A DNA stretch of 64,000 nucleotides from Calditrichaceae bacterium (GCA_050173015.1 JBFXLE010000005.1:32001-96000); one strand, 5' to 3'. Counted from the stretch's first letter, positions 1-8,830 are shown. Notes: generated by a model not told the origin, from the sequence alone. Translations and numbers: made by a program.

Positions 1-2172
1 AACAGAGTTTTCATAGTTGACAGACTTGAATTCTGAATTTCGTACATCAATTAAAAACTCCAGTTCCCTATTCTCACCGGGCAGCATCGGCGTTTCCGCT
101 CTAAATTGATAATAATGATAAGCGTCGTCATAGCTCAGCAGAATTGTATTTTTAAATGTGATCTCCGACCTGGTCACCTCAGGATGAACACCAATCAGAA
201 AATCTGTCATAGGCTCACCGGTCCGGTTCTCAATCATATATCGGCCTTCAATCCGGTACCGGGATTCGCTGGGATACAAATCAACCCGGGTCCGCACATC
301 TGTGATAACCGGTGTTTTCATGGATGCAAACAACTTGTATTTTTTTTCATACTCCGCACGGTGAAGCGTCTGTTGATTTTGTGTTCGGTAAACGTTCAAA
401 ACATTGGTTTGATAAAAAACATACGCGCCGCTGCCCAGCATAATGACCAAACAAGTTATTCCCGCAATAACATGACCCGATTTCCAGTCCTTAAATAATG
501 TTTTTAAGCGAAAGCGCAGACCGTTGTCAGTTCCGCGTGGCCATAAACGCCAGGTAGCAAGGACTAATATACCGGCCACTCCGGTCCAGAAAATCATTAA
601 CCAGTGGAAAGAACCGGCCGGCTGACCAAATCCGCTCATGTCAGAATAGACCATATTTGGGGCCATCGCGTAACGCAACAGGGGATGTTCCGGGCCAAAT
701 GAAGTTTTTTTCATGGTGAACAGAAACCACGCGCCTGTTAACAGCATGGCAGTATATTTATTGGGTGTGACAGACGTGATAAACAAAGCTACTATGGCAA
801 CCAGGACCAGCGGATAAAGTCCGTAATAAAACAACGAAAGATAAATATCCATCTCGAAGCGGAAATATCCGTTCACCGCCTGAACAAAAATTCCGGTGAC
901 AATAGCCGCAATGATAAACAGCATAACCAGAATGATCAGGGTGACAAATTTTGAGAAATAGAAGATGCTGCTCGGTAAGGGCAGCGCGTCAACAATTTCA
1001 TTTATATTTACGGTTTTATCCCTTGTGACCATCTCGGCTCCGTAAAAAATGACAATGAAAATGCCGATTTTAGTCAGCGGCGCGTGGATGATAGTTGTAA
1101 TGAAACCGGTTGTCGGATAATAAACCGTATCAAAAACACCGTGCATAATGGTTTCGGTCAACTCGATGCCCACCAGAAAAATCCACAGCAACATCAGTAA
1201 AAGCAGCGGAATGCTCTTTAGGTTAGAAATGACTTCCAGATACGTCCCGGATGCAAATGCCCGCAACTGAGCCCGGCGAGACTGAGGGTAAACCGGCATA
1301 GGGCGATAAACTGAAGGTGTTGCCGAATCTCGGGTAGAAATCCTCTCTTTTTCCACGGAACCGGTTAGCAACCGAAATGCAAAAACTTTGTAAACAAATG
1401 TAAAAATCAGCGCTGAAACAGCCACCCAGAATACGCGGTTAATCAGGAAGTTGCCCCCTACGCTTATCGGCAAACTGTTCTTTTCCGTCGGGATCCAATT
1501 TTTAACCATTCCCAAATATCCAACCAAACCGTAGGGATCCATCAGAACCGGCAGGAGTTTCGTTTCGCTTCCTGTCAGTGTCGCGCTGGCCATCAATGGT
1601 GAATTCCCCAAAATAGAAGCGACCATATACAGAATGTAAATCGAAACACCGCTCACATAAGTCGCCAATGTATTTCGTGATAAAATGGCGACGCCGAACA
1701 GCACCGAGCTGCTAAACAAAATATTGGGAACACCAAAAATTATCAGTGGGAGGAGGTAATTGCCGAGATGGACCGGACCCAGGCGTCCGGCTTCCGCGAA
1801 AAAACTGCCCAGATACATTCCCAGTGCGGCCAAAATCAAAATAATAAAATTCGAAAGGATCAGGCCGGTAAATATCCCGCCCAGATAATTAAACCGGGTA
1901 ACCGGTGTTGAAAAGACCATTTCTTCCATATTGTAAGTACTGTCCCGCAAGGCCAGGTTTACAACGAATAAGGTAAGCGGAAAAAGTAAAAACAGGGAGA
2001 GCAGGCTCTGGAAATAAGCGATTGCATAAGGTGAATTTACATGAACATCGATGCCGCCGAAATTAGCCCGGCTGCTCAGAATACCCAGGGCAAAAAACAA
2101 AAGCGCCGCGGCATAAAACGCAACCTGCCGGGACTGATACTTCAGGTTAAATATTAGAATCTTGAAAAACAT
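1..2172 (-). CDS. ABC transporter permease, probably fused to an M1-family aminopeptidase; 3' end runs off the window
   Basis: Not in the ORF track because it has no stop in the window. Hand translation from ATG 2172 (alternative in-frame ATG 2184) gives MFFKILIFNLKYQSRQVAFYAAALLFFALG...VNSPYAIAYFQ...ALRDSTYNMEEMVFSTPV..., with many TM segments, and position 1 is still in frame (...EFLIDVRNSEFKSVNYENSV). It lies just downstream of an ABC ATPase. The M1 domain would be outside the window and is inferred from the family. Confidence 0.8.
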   Translation of the reverse strand, partial: MFFKILIFNLKYQSRQVAFYAAALLFFALGILSSRANFGGIDVHVNSPYAIAYFQSLLSLFLLFPLTLFVVNLALRDSTYNMEEMVFSTPVTRFNYLGGIFTGLILSNFIILILAALGMYLGSFFAEAGRLGPVHLGNYLLPLIIFGVPNILFSSSVLFGVAILSRNTLATYVSGVSIYILYMVASILGNSPLMASATLTGSETKLLPVLMDPYGLVGYLGMVKNWIPTEKNSLPISVGGNFLINRVFWVAVSALIFTFVYKVFAFRLLTGSVEKERISTRDSATPSVYRPMPVYPQSRRAQLRAFASGTYLEVISNLKSIPLLLLMLLWIFLVGIELTETIMHGVFDTVYYPTTGFITTIIHAPLTKIGIFIVIFYGAEMVTRDKTVNINEIVDALPLPSSIFYFSKFVTLIILVMLFIIAAIVTGIFVQAVNGYFRFEMDIYLSLFYYGLYPLVLVAIVALFITSVTPNKYTAMLLTGAWFLFTMKKTSFGPEHPLLRYAMAPNMVYSDMSGFGQPAGSFHWLMIFWTGVAGILVLATWRLWPRGTDNGLRFRLKTLFKDWKSGHVIAGITCLVIMLGSGAYVFYQTNVLNVYRTQNQQTLHRAEYEKKYKLFASMKTPVITDVRTRVDLYPSESRYRIEGRYMIENRTGEPMTDFLIGVHPEVTRSEITFKNTILLSYDDAYHYYQFRAETPMLPGENRELEFLIDVRNSEFKSVNYENSV

Positions 2173-2205
2173 AGTCAAATCCATATCATGGCCGTCTCCG
2201 GTCCG

Positions 2206-3084
2206 TTAATTGCCCGAACGATGGTTTAGCAGAGACGCAAAATATACATCTTCCAGATTGGGCTCTCTTAACTCAAAATCCTTTTCCGGTTTGCGGTCCG
2301 ATAAAACATGGATACGCAATTTGCCCGCGGTTAAATGACCGGAGATCACGGTGAAGCGTTCACGGTACTTTTGCAATTCACCTTTGGAAATGGTCTTTTG
2401 CCATACACGTCCGCGGATATTGTCGATGAGACGGACGGGTTCACCGCTCAAACGGATTTCGCCATCGGTCAGAATGGCCATATTCGGACACAGGTTGCTG
2501 ACATCCGCTACAATATGGGTGGAGAGCAACACAATGATATTTTCACCGATTTCACTTAAAAGGTTATGAAAACGATTTCGTTCTTCCGGATCAAGGCCGG
2601 CGGTGGGCTCATCTACGATGATCAATTTGGGATCGCCCAGCAGAGCCTGAGCAATGCCAAAACGTTTTTTCATCCCTCCTGAAAAGTTATGCACCGATTT
2701 TTTCCTGTATTCGAACAAGTTGGTCTGATGAAGCAAGGCGTTGACCTGTTCTTCGCGCCTTTTAGAATCAATAAGTCCTTTTAAAATCCCAAAATGATCC
2801 AGCAAATCATAGGCGGAGATTCGGGGATATACACCAAATTCCTGTGGCAGATACCCCAGTTGGTTTCTGAACATTTGTGGATTTTTAAAAGCGTCATCGT
2901 CATTAAACACAATGTGCCCGCTATCCGCCGGCTGCAAAGTGGCAATAGTGCGCATTAAAGTGGATTTGCCGGCCCCGTTCGGTCCCAACAGACCAAACAT
3001 ACCGGCATCGATGGTCAGATTGATATTTCGCAATGCCCTGACACCATTGCTATAGGTCTTAGATAAATTGGAGATGGATAACAA
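2206..3084 (-). CDS. ABC transporter ATP-binding protein
   Basis: Walker A GPNGAGKS, signature FSGGMKKR, Walker B IIVDEPT, H-loop LSTH. Confidence 0.95.
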   Translation of the reverse strand: MLSISNLSKTYSNGVRALRNINLTIDAGMFGLLGPNGAGKSTLMRTIATLQPADSGHIVFNDDDAFKNPQMFRNQLGYLPQEFGVYPRISAYDLLDHFGILKGLIDSKRREEQVNALLHQTNLFEYRKKSVHNFSGGMKKRFGIAQALLGDPKLIIVDEPTAGLDPEERNRFHNLLSEIGENIIVLLSTHIVADVSNLCPNMAILTDGEIRLSGEPVRLIDNIRGRVWQKTISKGELQKYRERFTVISGHLTAGKLRIHVLSDRKPEKDFELREPNLEDVYFASLLNHRSGN

Positions 3085-3433
3085 TAATGCCTCCTCATCC
3101 GTTTATCGGATTTTCAGAATCAACGCAAAGATTAAAAAGTATAGTGACGCAGTAATGGCGAGATTGTTTCAGTCAGGAGATGGCACCCGAAATATCCGGA
3201 TATACAGTCACTAAAATTGCGGTAGCCAATGTTTTACTTCATGATGATTGAATTTTATTTTTTGCGGTTTTTTTGGTGAAAATATCATAGGTGATGGCTG
3301 GTTGCCGGCGGCAAAAGCATGAGGGATGATGACTACTATCAAACACCCCCGACCGTAAACGCCGGGATCTTTGTACTGATATTTTGCAGTATTTTGATAA
3401 TATTGCCGATGTTTTTATAAAAGGCCTTTTATT

Positions 3434-3570
3434 TGGGCTAAAGCCCAGATTAATTGTAATTTATTGCTTTTATCCCACTATCTAAAGATAGTGGCAATAA
3501 TTTTAAATATTACACATAGCCACGTGCTTTAGCTCGTGGACAACTAAACCCTATCACAAATCCGGGATTT
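3434..3570. repeat. Cluster of REP-like short palindromes
   Basis: TGGGCT-AA-AGCCCA (3434-3447), CCACTATCT-AA-AGATAGTGG (3475-3494) and CCACGTGC-TTTA-GCTCGTGG (3520-3539) share a CTAAAG/CTTTAG core. Confidence 0.6.
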
Positions 3571-3589
3571 CAATTTATTCGTCAATTCC

Positions 3590-3712
3590 AATCCCGGAGG
3601 GATAACATTTTTTTAGAAAAACAGACCCCCACGCCAATCCGCGACCCCGTAGGGGGTCGTACAATTAACACTAAATTTCCATTTCTACAAAGATATGACA
3701 CCTCCGGCGCCG
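3590..3712. repeat. REP/MITE-like composite palindromic element
   Basis: ATCCC-GGA-GGGAT at 3591, CGACCCC-GTAG-GGGGTCG at 3642-3659, then a return arm TTTCTACAAAGATATGACACCTCCGG partly complementary to the left end (CCGGAGG...TAGAAA). Confidence 0.55.
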
Positions 3713-3773
3713 GGCTGTCCAAATTAAATCGAATATTATTACATAACATTCAATCCTATCAACCTGAATTTTT

Positions 3774-4092
3774 CCCCTTCCTATCATCTGTTAACCCGCC
3801 CTTTCGCTAATTGACCCCTCCCCATCATTTTTTGACCCGCCCTTTCACTAATCGACCCCTTCCCATCATTTTTTGACCCGCCCTTTCACTAATTGACCCC
3901 TTCCTATCATTTTTTGACCCTCCCTTTCACTAATCGACCCCTTCCTATCACTTTTTGAGCCGCCCTTTCACTAATTGACCCCTTCCTATCACTTTTTGAG
4001 CCGCCCTTTCACTAATTGACCCCTTCCTATCACTTTTTGACCCGTCCTTTCACTAATCGACCCCTTCCTATCACTTTTTGACCCGCCCTATC
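3774..4092. repeat. Non-coding tandem array, 41-bp unit (20+21-bp sub-units), about 7.5 copies
   Basis: Unit starts at 3794, 3835, 3876, 3917, 3958, 3999, 4040 and 4081. Consensus ACCCGCCCTTTCACTAATYG-ACCCCTTCCTATCAYTTTTTG. No unique spacers. Confidence 0.97.
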
Positions 4093-4162
4093 AGGCTTTT
4101 GGACACCCAATCCATATCAATGTGCATTTTGTTTGTTTACGCGCGACGACCATTCCATTGAC

Positions 4163-4402
4163 TCACAGATTTACTTCCATACCTGTTAGCATTTCAAGCA
4201 TATCTTTCACGGATGGCGCGCTTAATATGCATTTTAAAGCGAACTCATCCGCGCGCGGATAATTGGACTTGCTAATTTGATTTGCGGCTTGTATTAAATC
4301 ATAATCTGTATGTTTGAAATTAACGCCGCTGTCCACCAGGCTGTTGGCAACTTCCTGTGGCTGCTGATGATATTCACCCGGATAATTTTCGCTTAGTCCC
4401 AA
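4163..4402 (-). pseudogene. Probable 5'-truncated gene remnant (79-aa ORF)
   Basis: Protein-like composition but a TTG start with no RBS. The open frame extends only to an in-frame TAG at 4436-4438 inside the neighbouring gene. Confidence 0.35.
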
Positions 4403-4421
4403 TAAAATATTAGAGCAATCA

Positions 4422-4949
4422 TCAATCCAAAGTATCTAAAAAATACCCCGTGAAAACGAGTACATTAAATCCGATAAAATTTGTCAGAAAACGGGCATCG
4501 GTATTATGATCTCTGCCATACCAAAAATTATACAGGGATTTTGCCATAAAACCGGCCGAGATTATATAATAACCGGTTCTTTTTACGCCCGGTTTTTGTA
4601 ACGATGCATTGGGCAGCCCGGCAAATCCCATAAAAAGATCGAATCCGCCTGTGATTAAATGTCCATCGCCATTTTTGCGGCTGGCCAGATAACTCATACC
4701 CGTAAAAACCGTTTCCATTGCCAGGATATACCCTATTTCCTTCCAAACCGGAGTTCGTGTGTTTGAGTCGTTTGTCGAATCAAAACTTGTAAGATCGTTT
4801 GAAGCATAAAAACTGGGGTGGGTTTTGTTAAAAGTAATCCGCTCTCTATTACTTTTCGTGGGACTATACGAAGTGAAATTATCAAAACTTTGAGCCGGTA
4901 ATTGGTCCGTGCCCAACCATATCAAAGCGAGCATAAGTATTTTATTCAT
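4422..4949 (-). CDS. Hypothetical secreted/membrane protein
   Basis: AGGAG RBS upstream of ATG 4949 (MNKILMLALIWLG..., signal-peptide like) and several hydrophobic helices in the C-terminal half. The ORF-track start at 5042 is probably over-extended. Confidence 0.65.
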   Translation of the reverse strand: MNKILMLALIWLGTDQLPAQSFDNFTSYSPTKSNRERITFNKTHPSFYASNDLTSFDSTNDSNTRTPVWKEIGYILAMETVFTGMSYLASRKNGDGHLITGGFDLFMGFAGLPNASLQKPGVKRTGYYIISAGFMAKSLYNFWYGRDHNTDARFLTNFIGFNVLVFTGYFLDTLD

Positions 4950-5263
4950 TATGAAATGCTCCTGTTCTCGTGTCCGTGGGCGACAAGAACATGTATCACC
5001 GCCCATATAACCATAAAACAGTTTTCGCATAATTCCCCCCATAGGAATGCTATTGAGAATTGACTTCGAATGGCTATAAATCGCATTAAACCCATATCTC
5101 TCTCTATGCCTGTCTAACGAATGCCTCCCGAACTATTATTTCAGGGGATTGGAATATATTTTTTCAGCTCGCCCTTCATAGCTTAAATATATATTCCGGA
5201 TTTTTGAAGGCATCATTTATGTTATTATAGACTGAGCAAAAAAAAAAAATTCCGGGGGACTTT

Positions 5264-6157
5264 ATGAGAATCAGCCTGTTTATACTCCTTATGCTTTTGC
5301 CGCCAATCATCGATTGTCACGCTCAGGCGCCGGAATCTTCCATGATCATCTCCGCAGAAACACTGCTCCTCAAATCCGGCGACCCCTCTCTTGTGATTTT
5401 TCATGTGGGTAAAAAAGAAGGATACATATCCGGTCACATACCCGGGGCTCAATACATTTCCCTTGAGGATATCTCCGATCCAAATTCGGAGGAACTGAGG
5501 CTGCAGCTGCCCCCCGTGGCGCGTCTTGATTCCGTGTTCGAACAGTTCGGCGTCTCGGATTCTTCACATGTGATTATCTATTTTGGAAAGGATTGGGTGA
5601 CACCGGCCGCGCGAGTGTATTTTACGCTCGATTATCTCGGATTCGGAGGAAGAACATCCATACTTAACGGAGGAATGCCCGCCTGGGAAAAAGCCGGCGG
5701 AGAAATCACCACGGAAATCATTTCCCCCATAAAAGGTGAATTTACACCTCATCCGAAAACCAGTCTTTTGACTAACGCCGAATGGATCTTTGAAAATCTG
5801 GATAATAAAAACATGACAATTATAGACGCGAGAGACCGGAAATTTTATGACGGCGACGACAGCAACGGCTGGATCGAGCGTCCCGGACATATCCCCGGAG
5901 CGGTGAGTATTCCTTTTACTTCCATTGTTGACGATTCGATGATGTTTAAAGAGAAAACTCAAATAACGCGGATTTTTACCGATGCCGGCGTGCGGCCGGG
6001 ATCGCGGTTGGTCACCTACTGCCATATCGGGCAACAGGCAAGCCTGCTGTATTTCGCGGCCCGGCTAAACGGATTAACGGCTCAGCTGTATGACGGTTCT
6101 TATGAAGACTGGAGCAGTCGCGGGAATCTGCCTGTTACCAATTTGAAGCATAAATAA
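5264..6157 (+). CDS. Tandem-rhodanese sulfurtransferase (SseA/TST-like) with signal peptide
   Basis: Two GHIPGA motifs, active-site loop YCHIGQQA, C-terminal YDGSYEDW, hydrophobic N-terminus ending HAQA. Confidence 0.9.
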   Translation: MRISLFILLMLLPPIIDCHAQAPESSMIISAETLLLKSGDPSLVIFHVGKKEGYISGHIPGAQYISLEDISDPNSEELRLQLPPVARLDSVFEQFGVSDSSHVIIYFGKDWVTPAARVYFTLDYLGFGGRTSILNGGMPAWEKAGGEITTEIISPIKGEFTPHPKTSLLTNAEWIFENLDNKNMTIIDARDRKFYDGDDSNGWIERPGHIPGAVSIPFTSIVDDSMMFKEKTQITRIFTDAGVRPGSRLVTYCHIGQQASLLYFAARLNGLTAQLYDGSYEDWSSRGNLPVTNLKHK

Positions 6158-6305
6158 GTACTGTTTTGGGGAGAATTCGTATGCTCTTTTTAAATGGATA
6201 AATGTCTTCCTTTTTGAATTTGATATCACCACTGAAAAAAGGGAGTCGGTCCCCCGGAAAAGGACCTGTTTGTTTTGAAGGATGTTTCGCCAATTAATTA
6301 ATATA

Positions 6306-6336
6306 TTGACATTATTCCGGAGATACGGGATATTAT
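6306..6336 (+). promoter_or_regulatory. Putative sigma70 promoter of the glutamate dehydrogenase gene
   Basis: Perfect TTGACA at 6306-6311, with GATATT at 17-bp spacing (TATTAT at 19). Confidence 0.45.
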
Positions 6337-6396
6337 TTACACCCGCGTTTAATTCTCTGATAAAATCCTGATGTAGAAATCGAAAGGAGTACGCCC

Positions 6397-7812
6397 ATGT
6401 CAGAAACCATTAATTTTTTTGAACAGGTTAATCAGCATTTTGACCGCGCCGCGGGATTTACGGGACACCCGCCGGGCTTACTCAAACAGATCAGGATTTG
6501 CAACAGCGTTTACCATTTTACTTTTCCCTTAAAAAGAGACGATGGCTCCATCGAAACACTTGACGCGTGGAGAGCCGAACACAGTCATCATAAACTGCCC
6601 GTAAAAGGCGGGATTCGTTTCGCTGAAAATGTGTCGGAAAACGAAGTAATGGCCCTGGCCGCGTTGATGACTTATAAATGCGCCGTGGTCGATGTGCCCT
6701 TCGGGGGCGCGAAGGGTGGTATCAGAATTAACAAAGCGGATTACAGCGTAAGTGAGTTGGAACGGGTTACCCGGAGATATACCTTTGAACTTTATAAAAA
6801 GAATTTTATCGGTCCGGGAATTGATGTACCCGCTCCGGATTACGGAACCGGACCACGAGAGATGGCCTGGATCCTTGACACCTACCGGTCACTGGCGGAG
6901 GATCAACTGGACGCCATCGCCTGTGTTACCGCTAAACCTGTCGCCCAGGGTGGTGTCAGAGGCCGTACCGAAGCCACGGGTCTTGGGGTCTATTATGGAG
7001 TCCGTGAGGCTTGCCGCATCAATGAAGACATGAAAAAACTAAGCCTTTCACCCGGTCTTGAAGGAAAAAGAGTTGTTGTTCAGGGTCTCGGGAACGTCGG
7101 TTACCACGCGGCAAAGTTTATCCAGGAAGGCGGCGGGATCATCATCGGCCTGGCTGAGTTCGAAGGCGCCATACATAATTCCAAAGGCATCAATGTCGAT
7201 GAGGTTATGATTCATCGTAAGGAAACGGGCTCCATATTGGATTTTCCTCACGCGAAAAATCTAAAAAAATCCGCCGATGCCCTGGAACTGGATTGTGATA
7301 TCCTTGTCCCTGCCGCCCTCGAAAATCAGATTACTATGGAGAATGTAAAAAAGATTAAGGCAAAGATAATCGCCGAAGCCGCCAATGGACCGGTCACCGC
7401 CGACGCGAGTGAACTGCTTTCCAAAAACGGCGTACAGATCCTGCCCGATTTATATCTTAATGCCGGCGGCGTCACCGTATCCTATTTTGAATGGCTCAAA
7501 AACCTGTCGCATGTCCGGTTCGGCAGAATGAGCAGACGTTTTGAAGAGGATATCAATTCCAAAATTCTCAAATCCGTCGAAGATCTGACGGGTAAAAAAT
7601 TTGCCAACAAAGTGTTTGATCAGATCGCCCGCGGCGCCGACGAAAAGGAGCTTGTCTATTCCGGTCTTGAAGAAACCATGATCACCGCTTACCGGGATAT
7701 ACGAGCAATTCAGGCGGAACATCATGATCAGATAGATCTGCGTACCTCAGCCTTTATCGACGCCTTGAACAAAGTGGCGGTTTCTTATTTTGAATTGGGA
7801 ATTTTTCCCTGA
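6397..7812 (+). CDS. gdhA: Glutamate dehydrogenase (Glu/Leu/Phe/Val dehydrogenase family)
   Basis: KGGIRF, PFGGAKGG, DVPAPDYGT, GRTEATG, QGLGNVG, EAANGP, NAGGVTVSYFEW motifs and an AAGGAG RBS. Confidence 0.95.
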   Translation: MSETINFFEQVNQHFDRAAGFTGHPPGLLKQIRICNSVYHFTFPLKRDDGSIETLDAWRAEHSHHKLPVKGGIRFAENVSENEVMALAALMTYKCAVVDVPFGGAKGGIRINKADYSVSELERVTRRYTFELYKKNFIGPGIDVPAPDYGTGPREMAWILDTYRSLAEDQLDAIACVTAKPVAQGGVRGRTEATGLGVYYGVREACRINEDMKKLSLSPGLEGKRVVVQGLGNVGYHAAKFIQEGGGIIIGLAEFEGAIHNSKGINVDEVMIHRKETGSILDFPHAKNLKKSADALELDCDILVPAALENQITMENVKKIKAKIIAEAANGPVTADASELLSKNGVQILPDLYLNAGGVTVSYFEWLKNLSHVRFGRMSRRFEEDINSKILKSVEDLTGKKFANKVFDQIARGADEKELVYSGLEETMITAYRDIRAIQAEHHDQIDLRTSAFIDALNKVAVSYFELGIFP

Positions 7813-7843
7813 TCATTTAATAAAACATGGGAGGATGGTGTCT

Positions 7844-8758
7844 ATGAAACGTTCTTTGAGTTTACTTGTTACCCTTTTAATGGTTGGGTTGGGTTATTCC
7901 GGATTATTCGCGCAAAATTATGTTATTAAGGAGCGGAACATTAGTTTTCAACAGGATGAACTAATGACCCTCCTCGGGGATAATTTTAATGGAAATCCCG
8001 AAGGGGAGGCTATGGCGAGGCTATTAATAAAAATGCCCTTAAGTGAGATGCTTCTAAAATTGAAAAATGAGTATCAACTTCCGGAAATGAGAGAAACAAC
8101 CATTTATGTCGCCGGTAAAAATCTACGGGTTGATGAAGAAGAAGAGGGCGCAAAAACTTCTCAATTTATTCTCGGGGATAAAGAGGCGGTATATCATGTC
8201 ATGTGGGATAAAAAACAATATATAGAAATGACCTACGAGGACATGAAGAAAATACAAAAACAGGCTTCCGCCATGGCAGAAGGGATGATGAAAAACATGC
8301 CCCCTGAAATTCAGGCGCAAATTGAAGCTCAGATGGGACAGGCTAAAAAGGAAAAAAAGGAGAGCAAGATAACCAAAACCGGAAATAAGCAGACCATTAA
8401 TGGGTTCCCCTGCGATGAATACCTTGTAGAAAACGCCTCGGAATTACGACAATTTTGGGTCACCGGTAAATTTCCCGAGCTGCGTAAATCAATGGAAAAT
8501 ATGTTCGAGTTGCTTTCCGGTTTCGGCCCTCCTGAAGCGGGCGATGATGACATGGAAATCTGGGAGAAAATACCCGGTTCCTGGCCGGTTTTAACAAAGG
8601 ATGTTAATTATAACAATATGTACATGAGTATTTCAATGGATGTGGATGAGACCATTTCCGTTGAGTCCAAAAACATATCCGCGGATATGTTCATAGTACC
8701 CGCGAATTTTAAAAAAGTGACCATGATGGAAATGATGCAGGGCGGTATGGATTATTAA
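7844..8758 (+). CDS. Exported DUF4412-like protein
   Basis: Signal peptide MKRSLSLLVTLLMVGLGYSGLFA. Motif KTGNKQTINGFPCDEY...FWVT and C-terminal ISADMFIVPANFKKV match DUF4412-like proteins. Start moved to the ATG after GGAGG. Confidence 0.7.
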   Translation: MKRSLSLLVTLLMVGLGYSGLFAQNYVIKERNISFQQDELMTLLGDNFNGNPEGEAMARLLIKMPLSEMLLKLKNEYQLPEMRETTIYVAGKNLRVDEEEEGAKTSQFILGDKEAVYHVMWDKKQYIEMTYEDMKKIQKQASAMAEGMMKNMPPEIQAQIEAQMGQAKKEKKESKITKTGNKQTINGFPCDEYLVENASELRQFWVTGKFPELRKSMENMFELLSGFGPPEAGDDDMEIWEKIPGSWPVLTKDVNYNNMYMSISMDVDETISVESKNISADMFIVPANFKKVTMMEMMQGGMDY

Positions 8759-8789
8759 TTTCTTCTACCATCATGATTTTATCCTATGG

Positions 8790-8830
8790 ATCCGCTGATC
8801 AGAATGGTTTTGCCTTCAGCGGATTTTTTT
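8790..8830 (+). terminator. Intrinsic terminator
   Basis: ATCCGCTGA...TCAGCGGAT stem followed by a T run. Confidence 0.7.

Noticed and set aside
106..498. 130-aa plus-strand ORF
   Set aside because: It is an antisense shadow of the long minus-strand permease gene.
3774..4092. CRISPR array or TIGR-like guide array
   Set aside because: The units are contiguous near-identical copies with only point variants. There are no unique spacers and no cas or Nop-domain gene in the window.
3774..4092. Repeat-protein coding sequence (QKVIGRG/RLVKGR heptads on the minus strand)
   Set aside because: The 41-bp period shifts the frame every unit and runs into TGA/TAG stops, so no long ORF spans it.
4950..5220. 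Additional decayed gene upstream of the orphan protein
   Set aside because: The frames I translated have frequent stops and no recognisable similarity, so I cannot support it.
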